NCBI RefSeq assembly: GCF_004010195.1
Contig: NC_057728.1
Span: 50,560,870 to 50,624,869 of the forward strand
Direction: 5' to 3'
DNA from: Chiloscyllium plagiosum
Taxonomy: Eukaryota
Length of the DNA stretch: 64,000 bases
In this document: piece by piece, positions 44,901-56,900 of the stretch
How the letters are laid out: the number at the start of each line of letters is the position of its first letter
How positions within the stretch are numbered: the first letter of the stretch is position 1
The notes under the pieces: model-generated
Told to the model about the DNA's origin: nothing
The model's database searches: none
The model's input: the letters and a program-made list of their open reading frames with translations, nothing else
Program-made: the position numbers and the translations under genes

Positions 44901-47900
44901 TTTGTGCTCATTTTACATAATGTTCAGTTCCTATGTAATCTTTGACTTGAATGTTTCAGTAGCAGTAACAACATGCATTTATACATTGTACCCTTTAACA
45001 CCAAGGGTTTCATAGTGTCTTAGTGTTTGACTGTTGAGACACATAGACAAACAGATGACCAAAAGACCAGTCAAGGTGTGTTTAGGAAGAGTCTTGAAGG
45101 AGGCTTAAAACGTTCTTGAGACAATCTCAGTCCTTTGAGCCAAGGCAGTCAAAAGCCATGTTTGGCAATGGGGTGGGGGAAGAGTCATTAGTAAAGATAA
45201 ATAATACTCAAGAGGCTAGAATTAGGGGAGTACAGTTATCCCAGAAGCTGTGAAGTTAGAAGAGATGGGAGATAGGAGGGATTGACAAATATGGTAATGG
45301 TGATTGTAAATTAGTGAGCAGATGGGGTGATGAGTAAGTTATCGAGTTGAGATACTAACTTTCTTTATGGACCCTTTCATGAAAGCAATGGGACTAGCAT
45401 TGCATAGCCTTCCAATTAAATACAAGCCAAGCTTTGAGAGATGTTTGGATCATTAAAATGGTAGAAAGATATAGTAAATCAAGTAACTAGTTCCTCTGGT
45501 GTTATAAAGAATAAGCAGATGACATCATAAAATTTGATTTCATTTACAATGGAAATTAAGTAGTAGTTTTTCATAACCATTCTACGATTGCAGCACAGAG
45601 GAGGCCATTTAGCCTTTGTCTGTGCTGGCCCTCTTGAAGAGCAATTCAACTATTACTGTATCTCACCTTTTTCTCACAGCCCTGCAATTTCATTACAGAT
45701 AATGATCAAATTCTCTTGAATACAGTGATAAAACTTACTGCTAACATATTCCACACACTAACCATAGAGTTTTATAGTATAGAAGGAGGCCATTTGACCA
45801 AACTCTCTTGAAACCTCAGTTGGCAGAGCATTCCAAATCCTAACAATCGAGTAAAGATGGGTTTTTTTCCCCCCCTTCTTGCTCTTAAATCTCTCTTGTT
45901 GACAATCTTGGAAATTGTGACCCTTAGTTACTGACACATGAGTGGAAACAGAATATCCTTCTTTACCCCGTCAAAATTGATCATAATGTTTGAACACCTT
46001 TTTAAGATTACCTCTTATTCTCCTTGGAGCAGAGAAGATTAAGTTTCAATACAAGGAAAGATGAGAGAAAAAACTCTCATTCCTTGTATCATTTTAATAA
46101 ATCTCCTTTGCACTGTCTCCAGGACTTTAAAAAAGGAAGAATGCTAGATGACATGCTCAGAACTGAAAGTAATACTCCCAATGTGGTCTGATCAAAGATT
46201 TATAAAGGTGTAGCATGACGTCCTTCTTTTTCTACTCTATGCCTCTATTTATAAACCCAAAGTTCTATAAGCTGCCTTACTAACTATTGCAACTTGCCCA
46301 GCTACCTTCACAGAATGATGCACATGAATCCTGAGGCCCCTCTGCTCCTGAACTCTCCTCAAATTTGAGCCTGTGTTTTCTGCACATGCTTCTTCTACTA
46401 AAATTTATTACCTTTCATTTCTCTGTATTGAAATTCATCTGCCGGGTGTCTGCCTATTTGATCAAACAGGCCATGTCCTGCTGAAGTTACTCAGCATCAT
46501 CCTCTCAATTCACTGTTCTCCAAGCTTCGTATGATCTGCAAACTTAGAGATTTTGCTCATGACACCCATCTCCAAATCGTTTATGTAAATCAGGAAAGAG
46601 CAAGGGTCCCAAAACCAATCCCTGGGAACACCACTTTCAACTCCTCTCGAATCTGAGAAATTCCCATCTGTGCCTAGCCTCTTCCCTGTCTTTTAGCCAC
46701 CTTCCACTCTATGCTGCCAAGGACCCATCAATCTCAAACATTTCTAATTGACTCATCAACCTGCCATGTGAGTGTCAAATGCTTTCTGACCGTCCAAATA
46801 TACAACATTCACAGCCCTACCCCCAACTCCTGTGTCACCATATCAAAGAACTCAATTAAATTTGTCAGACAAAGCCATGTTGACTGTCTAGTGTTGATTT
46901 ATTTTTCACTGTGTATATTTACCTTTCTCTTGTATCATAGCCTCAGTTTTTGCACTATTCGTGTCAACTTGTTAACAAAGTTTCCTGGGTTATCTTGCTC
47001 CTTTCCTAAACAGTGGTGTCACATTTGCGATTCTACAGTCCCATGGGACTAATCCTGTGTTGAGAGATGCCTGGAAACATTCTCTCTGCAATCTAGGATG
47101 CATCCTCTTTGGGCCTGGTTACTCCTACCTGGAGTGTTGCCAGCCTTGATTAGCATTTCTTTATCACTATACAGCTCAGTTGCTCAATGCCCACATTTTC
47201 AATTGGGCCATTGTCACCATCTTCTGATTTGGTAAAGACGGATGAAAAATATTTATTTAGTGCCTCTGCCATATCCTTTGCTTCAGTGAGCAACTTACCC
47301 TGCTGTTCCTTTATGTGCCCCACACTATCCTGCATTAATATGTTTGAAGAACATTGCAATCCGTTCCTCATGCTTCCTCTTAGCCTTCCTTATTCCAGCC
47401 TTAACATCTCTCCTGCATTTGAGATACTCTTCCTGATTCCTGTTAATATAATTATGCCATTGATTTTTCTTTAGAAACAGTTTTCCACCTGTCATCATTA
47501 CTTCATTTGCCATTTACCTTTAGATCTGTGTCATCTGGTTCATGATCTTTCTGCTGGTGGGAACAGTGGCTGGATTTCTCAATTTTGTAATCATCTCTAG
47601 GACCCTCTAAGATGCTTGGAGCTTTGGACACTGAGAGCAATGAGATTTTCGTATGTAATTGGTATCAAAAGCAAGTGAAGGGAGTTGAGTGACAGGTTAG
47701 CTCTAATCTCGTTGAAACGCTGTGAGAGAGGCGTGTACAGGGTGGAATGGCCTCCTGCTTTTTCTAGATCAGGCTTTATGTATGCTGTCCTAGCCTGCTG
47801 TCTGACCTTGTGGGAGGTCCAGTGTTTAACTGCAGAAAGCCTTTTTTCTAAAAGGAGAAACGTTCACTTAATTTTCATCTTGTTCAATAAGTCTTATTCA

Positions 47901-50900
47901 AGTGATCCCTTCACCCTTTGAGGCAGCTGGGTTTTTAGTTTCTGGAGGGGACATCTTCCAAGGAAGAGACTGTTAAAAGCTTTGTGATTGTCCATCCCCA
48001 AGGTGGTGATATTAATGATGTCAGCAATAGCCCTGTCAAAACGCCTTTGAATTTCCAGAAATTCAACAATGGTATTTGATGAGATGTTCTTGTCATTAAA
48101 CTGTTCTTTTTTTTTGCTTTGTGATTCCAGAAGGCAACTTTATTTAAACAATAACTGTGTCCTTGAGGCTGACAGAAAATCTGGCTCCTGGTTTCTGGAG
48201 CCGAGAATGCAGCACACTCTACGATACTCTCTATCGAACAAGTCATCTACCTGGAGAATCTACACCATGTGTATGTACATCTTGATAAGACTGCTTTCTT
48301 CAAAGTGTGTTTTTTCTACCCTTTTTTAACAGCTGTGCTTTGCAGATGAACCATAACATGTTAGATTAGATTCCCTACAGTATGGAAACAGGCCCTTCAT
48401 CCCAACAACTCCAGACCGATCCTCCAAAGAGTAATCCACCCAGACCCATTCACTTGCCATATATTTTACCCCTGACTAATGCACTTAACACTATGGGCAA
48501 TTTAGCATGGCCAATTCACCTGACCTGCACATCTTTGGATTGTGGGAGGAAACAGGAGCACTGGGAGGAAACCCACACAGACGGGGAGAATGTGGAAACT
48601 CTACACAGGCAGTTGCCTGAGGTGGGATTCGAACAAGGGTCCCTGGCGGTGTGAGGCAGCAGTGCTAACCACTGAGTCACCGTGCCGCCCCACTAGCTCT
48701 AACCTGTGTCTGTACCTTGGGATGATCTGGGTGTGAATATATAATAGGTGGTCCCTCCCCCCTCTGTGCTTGCTTCATCATGAATAGGATCAAGGCTGCT
48801 CTAGTTTTTAAACGCATCTACCTTTCTGCTAACACTGATATCCTTTTCACTTCTCTGCTTAACAGGAATCTGCCTACCCTGCCTTTAAAAGTATTCAAAG
48901 ATTCTTCCTTCCCAGGAAGACAGTTTCAAAGGCTCATGACCTGTTGCTAAAGCCTTTCATCTTGCACTCATCAGCAAATTTCAAAGGGAGCAAAAATTTA
49001 TATGACATGTGATGGAGGATGATGATGAAAAGCTTTGATAGCATGTCTTTTCAGCAAATTCAAGTTCTATACTATAAAAGTGTTTATTAAAGACATGTTT
49101 TTCTGAAGCCAGTCTATATTTCCTGGGATGAACTGATGGAAAGGAATTTTCTTTCCTGAAATACAGTGGATAATTTTAAGAGAATGAGATTGCTTAGAAT
49201 TTCCAGGACAGAAACACGCTAGGCAGCCTCATCAGTCTGTTCTGATCGTTATGGTCCATTTTATCTATCTTTATCTGTCACTTTCCACATGATTTAAGTG
49301 TAAAAAAATGATTCAACAGGACAAAGCAGCAGTGTCTTTTAGGTTTATAGATATTGCAAATAAACTTTGCTATTTTTCTTGTAATAATGTTCAGGTCCTC
49401 CACACCTCCTGGTGGATTCCCTAAATGGAAGTGGTGCACAAATGTTTCCCATCCCGTTTGCCAACTCGGTAAGTGGCCAGCTGCTGTGAATGTGTTGAAT
49501 GCTGGACAGTATGAGCGGAGCTCCCTATCTCTAATGATCTGCAAGAATTCGGCCTTTCTCTTTCTAGAAAATCAAAGACTCTGACCAAAGCTTCCAGTTC
49601 CAAAGGAGCATCAATCTGGGCTGTCAGGGAGAAGTGTTTCACATCTCTGAGGCAGATGGTGTAGCTCTGGTATTAGGTAGATGAGTACTTTCTTGTTAAC
49701 CATTCTTTTTTAAAAGCTGAAAGGAGACTTATTGAAGCTTTGAATCTTGCACTTATCAGGACAAACCCAACTCCAAATAGTCTCCAGTTTTTCTCTAGGA
49801 AGAAAAGTGTACTGCATTTGGTGTGGTGTTGCCATGAAGAAATCAATGGGGCATGGTACACTCCCTAAGCTCCTGGGTAATTCAAAAAAAGGCACAAGAC
49901 TTGAACATTATTCCTTTTATTGATGGAGAATGGATCCCTGGGTATGAATATATGTTGTTTCTAGCAAGCCACACTAAGCTCAACTGTTTGCAATTTGGTG
50001 CACTCATGCTTGTCCTGTGGAGTGCAAGATGAAAAGTTGTTTTTGTCAAAAGTTTGTCTTCAGTAATAAACATGCCGTGTACCACTAAGAGACTCCTTAA
50101 AAGAAGAATGCTGGAAATCTGAAATAAAACAGTACATACTAGATCAGGATTGAGTCAGGAGACCTAATTTAATATAGATCAGAGATAAGTTCATAGTTGA
50201 GAGATAATTAATATGTCAGCTTATTGACCATCCATCGATCAAACCTCTTGGTTGAATATATATAAGTAATTCTAAATGTGGTATTCTAACAGCTATCAGA
50301 TTATTTGTGGGTGTTTTCAGGGAGAAAATTAAACTTTTTTTTTAACCACTTTTTGTTGCACTAACCATTGAAACTGATTCCATCTTGAAGTTCGTGCTGC
50401 CGAATTCCCCTTGAAGATCACTACAGTTAGCACTGCTCTGAGTCTCTCTTGGGGTTTCAGAGACTGTTTCCTTGAGGGTTCACCTTGCACCCTTCTGTTG
50501 TTCGACGCGAGTGGCAACAATGTGTATCGAGAGACTGTCCGAGATCAGACCGATGAAAAAATCCAAGCCCTAACACCATGTGAATGTTACACGTCATGTT
50601 TGACTATTGCAGGGCAGCATGATATCTGTGCTGCAAGCATTACAGGTAATTTAGTTCTTAATGAACCTTGCTTTTTTTTTAAACTCTCCTTTTTTTTTGC
50701 AACTGTTTACTCAAAGTCTTATGTCAACAATTTTGCTACGTCACTGTTATGCTGTAGTTTCAGGCACTCAATCAGAAAAATCTCTGCCAACTTGGTCACT
50801 ATTTTCTCAACATCTGTTAAAACTAACCATGGGAAACAATGTTCTAGATCACTGGTAAATTGGTAACCAGACATAAATTGGATGAGTAATATTTTATAGC

Positions 50901-53900
50901 AGCAGTTACTTCCAATACTAAGTGTATAAATTTGAGGACTGAATAAATGAGTGATTAAACCTTTTTTGATTAAAAATATTTGAAAAGATTGGTAGCTAGT
51001 AATATATTGGTATTTTTATTGTGGGTTTATTTAGATTAAAAATATGAAGTGCCTAAGTTCCGTAGTATTTTGAAATGACTTTCATGTATAAGGCTAAGCT
51101 TTAAATGTCTGTTTTTGTGCATCAAGTGTTTCCTGCTATATAGTCCATACAGCTTGTAGAATTCCAAATGATTTTGTCTGCAATGATTCAACACTCCCAA
51201 ATTAGCAGGTTACATCCAGTAGGCTATGCCACACATGCTTTCTGGATCTCTGTGTATTCGAATCACAGTTGGGATGTCTTCTCCAGCTGGACAGAGCCAT
51301 CTGTAGAGTAAACTGGCCTGCATAAGCTGACATGTTCCTTGGCAATGGTACATACGTTCTCCTAAGCATTAAGGAACGATCAATCAGTGCCAATTATCTT
51401 CCAAATCTTTTTTTCCTTTTATCACCTTGAGTAAAATTGAGTATTATTGAGCTCAACTCAGACTTTGTAAGCAGGCTTGCTAATGAACATACTTTCCAAT
51501 ATTGATCCATTAAAGACCTATATTTCTTTTGTAGACCCTATGCCACCTAGTAACTTAACCATAATCAGTTCGAGTGCTCATAGCCTTACTGTTTACTGGG
51601 ACAAACCAGCTTTTGGAAGCTTTGACTGGTTCCAACTTGACGTCCACTTGCTTGGACGGAGGGGCGAGGTCGCTAATCCATTACTTCAGTCTTACAGTTT
51701 GATACAAAGTGGAACAACATTTCTTATTGATGGACTGCCAGCTTGCCTGAAAGTGAACGTTTCTCTCGCATCTGTGTGTGAAGTGGTTGAGATGAAGAAA
51801 AGCCCAGAGATCTTTGTGGTGGCAAATCTAGGTAAATCGATCAGTATCGTTCCTTAAAAATGAGAATCCAATCGTGTTTGTTTTCAAACATTTGTTCACA
51901 AGATTTAGATGTCACGGACTGGGCCAACCTTCGAAGGTGACCTGGCTTTGTGAATCACTGCAGTCTGTGTAGTGTAGGTTCATAGCTCCTTGAAAGTAGA
52001 GTTGCAGGTAGATAGGATAGTGAAGAAGGCGTTTGGTATGCTTTCCTTTATTGGTCAGAGCATTGTCTCTTGGAGTTGGGAGGTCATGTTGCGGCTATAC
52101 GGGACATTGATTAGGCCATTTTGGAATATTGTGTGCATTTCTGGTCTCCCTCCTGTAGGAAGGGGGTTATGAATCTTGAAAGGATTCAAAAAAGATTTAC
52201 AAGGATGTTGCCTGGGTTGGAGGGTCTGAGCTATAGGGAGAGGCTGAATAGGCTGGGGCTATTTTCCTTGGAGCATTGGCAGCTGAGGGGTGACCATATC
52301 GGAGTTTATAAAACCATGATAGGCATAGATAGGGTAAATAGGCAAGGTCTTTGCCTCTGGGATAGGGGAGTCCAGGACTAGAGGGCATAGGTTTAGGGTG
52401 AGAGGGGAAAGATTTAAGTGACCTAAAGGGCAACTTTTTCACACAGAAGATGGTGCGTGTATGGAATGAGCTGCCAGAGGAAGTGGTGGAGGCTGGTACA
52501 ATTACAGCATTTTAAAAGGCATCTGGATGGGTATATGAATAGGAAGGGTTTGGAGGGCTATGGGCCAAATGCTGGAAAATGAGACTGGATTCTGGTCGAC
52601 GTGGACAAGTTGGGCCGAAGAGTCTTTCCATGCTGTACATGTTTGTGACTATGTAATGTAGAAACACCTACAATGCTGTTTGGACAGGGGTCTTCTGGGG
52701 ATGTGACCCAGCAACAATGAAGTATAATGATTTTATAAGTAAAGTCCCCTGTGGGGTTAGGATGTATAATAATAGTGGCCACTAAGTATCACTTGCCTAT
52801 TCCCATTTTTATTTAGAACTTGCCGTTATTTTGAGTAGTTTGGCTGTTTAGTTTGGTTTCTGATGAATGTGCATGACTGAAGTTCTTTGGGCTAGTTATC
52901 TAGGTTAAAGCTTTGGGTACACTTTCAAATCTAGCATAGTAGCTGGAGAAATTAAAAATACAAACTGTTAAAAATCTGGGATTGAAAGTTGTGTGGTGAC
53001 CATAGAACTAAGCATTTTTTTTTTTAAGATTTAAAAAAAAATCTCATTCACTGTCCTTTCTTTTAAAGAGAAGGAAATGTACTGCACTTGCCCTCTAGCC
53101 CACAGGTGACCCACAGGAATATGTTTATTGCCCTCTGAAATGGTCTAAGCATGGCACTCAGACAAGGGCAATTGGGTGGTTAAGAAATGTGGGACTTGCC
53201 ACTTAGAAATAAATATAAGAATAAGTTCCCAGCTGGGAGGGGCTAGTATGCAGAAGGGATAATAGTCTGCACGTGTGCTGTTTGGGCTTTTTGTGAAATA
53301 AACCTGGAAGACAGGCAAGTTCCTACTGCTTTCTTGACCAGATCAGCATCCCACATTTATTGCCCTAGTTTCCTGACCAATATTTGTCCCTCAAACTGGG
53401 ATTATCTGGCTATTATCACATGGTATTTGCGTCCTGCTGTGTAGTTTTCCTACCACTGTTTATTACATTAGTGATTAGCCTTTGAAAGTTCCTTATTGCC
53501 TATGTAAAATTTTCTTTAGGAAATGAGACTTGAAGGCATCATATGTTTGCAAATTTCTTTATACGAGTATATGAGCCTTAATCTGTCAAACTCCTGAACC
53601 ACTGCTTTTATGTTTTAATGTTCCCATCTCTTCAACCACTTAATGTTTTTCATTGCACACAGCTCCTGTGAAGTTTGTAAAAGTTACTCAGACAGCTGGT
53701 TCCACTGATGGTTATGTCGTGTCCTGGTCCGTGACAGGCGATCCAACAGAAATATTCTTCTATGTTTACAAAAATGGAGCCCTGCAATGTGCCCAGAAAC
53801 AGATGGAATACATTTCAACTGGGCTCCAACCTTGTACCCAAGAGATACTAACAGTAGAGGCTGTTTGTAGGACTGGTGCAGTGGCAGACTCGAGAACAAT

Positions 53901-56900
53901 CACTGTGGCAACAGGTTGGTACTTTATGTAAAGGATTATATTTTCTTGCCCTAGTGCCACAAGGATCGGTGCTGGGTCCTCTACTTTTTGTCATTTACAA
54001 AAATGATTTGGATGCGAGCATAAGAGGCATAGTTTAGTAAGTTTGCAGATGACACCAAAATTGGAGGTGTGGTGGACAGTGAAGAGGGTTACCTCCGATT
54101 ACAACAGGATCTGGACCAGATGGGACAATGGGCTGAGAAGTGGCAGATGGAGTTTATTTCAGATAAATGTGAGGTGCTGCATTTTGGGAAAGCAAATCTT
54201 AGCAGGACTTAGACACTTAATGGTAAGGTCCTAGGGAGCGTTGCTGAACAAAGAGACCTTGGAGTGCAGGTTCATAGCTCCTTGAAAGTGGAGTCGCAGG
54301 TGGATAGGATAGTGAAGAAGGCGTTTGGTATGCTTTCCTTTACTGGTCAGCATATTGAGTACATGAGTTGGGAGGTCATGTTGCAGCTGTGCAGGATGCT
54401 GGTTAGGCCACTGTTGGAATATTGCGTGCAATTCTGGTCTCCTTCGTATCGGAAAGATGTTGTGAAACTTGAAAGGGTTCAGAAAAGATTTACAAGGATG
54501 TTGCCGGGGTTGAAGGATTTGAGCTAAAGGGAGAGGTTGAACAGGCTGGGGTTGTTTTCCCTGGAGCGTTGGAGGGTGAGAGGTGACCTTTATAGAGGTT
54601 TACAAAATTGAGGGGCATAGATGGGGAAAAGGCTTGGTCTATTTATCCTAAGGTCGGGGAGTCCAGAACTAGAGGGCATAGGTTTAGGGTGAGAGGGGAA
54701 AGATATAAAAGAGACCTAAGGGGCAATGTTTTCATGCAGAAGGTGGTATGTATATGGAATGAGCTGCCAGAGGATGTGGTGGAGGCTGGTACAATTACAA
54801 CATTTAAGAAGCATTTGGATTGGTATATGAATAGGAAGGGTTTGGAGGGATATGGGCCGGGTGCTGGCATGTCGGACTAGATTGGGTTGGGATATCTGGT
54901 CAGTATGGACAGGTTGGACAGAAGGGTCTGTTTTCATGCTGTACATCTCTGACTCTATGATATGTCCCAGTTAAATTTCCTGCAGAGAGCATTGCTTGAT
55001 AAAATAAAGACACATTTTTTTTTTTATTTCCACACTCTAACACCAGAGGTTTAAAATATCACTCACTTGCTTGACACACTCTGTCATACAGGATTAGATG
55101 CAGTGGAAGATGGAGCAATGGCATTACAATGTATGTTGTTGCGCTTCATGGCAGGTCTATAATTTGTTAGATGACTTGATGGTCTTGTAAAGCAAAGGAT
55201 CCTCAGTAAGTCATGAGGTATTTGATTTGATTGTGAACTTCATTTTGGAACAATTCAAGTCTACTCCTGCTTTCAAGGTATTATTACCTCTAGCTATTTA
55301 CAGAGGATCCTCGATTATCCAAACGAAATAGTGCCCGGCCATCTTGTTCAGATAATTCACTATTCAGTTAACTGATTTTCCTCTGGGGCTCGGAGTTTTC
55401 TGTGAAGTCTGCTCCCAGTTCGGGAGACTAGGGAAAAAGCACACTGCACACAAGACCCCGCACCTCCAACCCTGTTCGCTCCCACCCTGCCCCCTGCCCG
55501 CCTCTAACCATGTCCACTCTCTCTCTGCCTGCCCCTAACCCCGCCCGACCCCACTCTCCCCCTGCCCCACCCCCCCAGGTCCAACCACCTCCCTCCAGTC
55601 CCCCCCGGGGCAGCCGGACTGTACACCAACAATAAGACTGCTGCTGCCTTTGTGGGGTAAGTCTCCAAATAGCGCGCGCTCTCACACACAACTTTTTTTG
55701 ACTGGTTCCACTCTGTCCTGTGTAGGACAATGTTGGAGAGATTATCTGGGAAAGCTGGGTTTAGGGTTCACCCCTGTGTAGAACTCCAGGGAAAGTGTGG
55801 AGAGAGGGCGGGAAGTCAGTCATTTCGAGACTGTGCCTGGACTGTTGAGGCCTGTTCTCAGCAGCATTTCAGTGAGCCAAGTTTGTTTTTAATCATCGTA
55901 CCTGTAAACAAAAGATGCGATCAGGGTTGAAACAGCTTTTTGACATAATGTTTCCCTCGGGACCCTTTCGGATAATCTGATATTTGGGTAATTGAAGTTC
56001 CTCTGTAGTTAATTTTCAACTGGTTTGATGATTTTCTGGTGGAATTCTAGCTCAGCAGATACTGTTCAGCAGTTACATGATCATGTAGATGACAAAGTGA
56101 AGTATGTTCAAAGTCCCAACTCTGAAGACAGGTTGTCATGAGATTACTCAACAACTTTTTACCCAACCACGTTTGGAGGAGGGATGATGTAGGGAGTCCT
56201 CACATTAAGTTAGGTTGCATTTTCTGAAAACCACTGCTTTAAGTCCCATGTCCCCATTAGAATCAAAGTGAATGTCAGAATTGGGTACTTATTTTTCTTA
56301 AATTTTCTTTTGCCTGTGAGACAAAACTCAATTGAAATACATATAAGCATTGTGCATTCATAGTTAAATATTTTGCAAAATAAAATACCTGACTATATAC
56401 TGCTGACTGTGCAGCGTTTTAATAAATGTGCAACATTTTAAAATATGATTTGGAGATGCCAGTGTTGGGCTGGGGTGTACAAAGTTAAAAATCACAACCA
56501 CCAAATGAAGGAGCAGTGCTCCAAATGCTGCCAATTAATCCTGTTGGACTATAACTTGGTGTTGTGATTTTTTTTTTAACATAAAATACTTCAGCTGTAT
56601 TTTTAGATTGACCGGGCCCTGTCTGGTAGTAAACGTTGGTGGGTATTGGGAGCTAGAATTCCCGAGCCACCAGATGGAGCGCTTGAGTGAGAGTGTGGAA
56701 ACAGTCAACATGATGAAATCCATTCAAGGAAGCTGCCTGATCCTATTGGCTGGCATCTCTGGATGGCACTAGTCCTTCCAGCTGAGGGATATAATTCCCA
56801 CTTTGCTCGTTTAGGCTGCCATCACCATTCAAGCGTACACATTAGAGTAAGAATAGCCTGCTGTTTGATTCTGCTCACCTCTTGAATACAAAATGTATAA

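Noticed and set aside
49717..50030. Apparent decayed fifth FN3 exon (TNPTPNSLQF...WIPGYEYMLFL) behind a phase-1 acceptor
   Set aside because: The whole stretch lies inside a family-D fold-back repeat whose arms match 26425-26760 and 48940-49075, so the FN3-like words are most likely coincidental.
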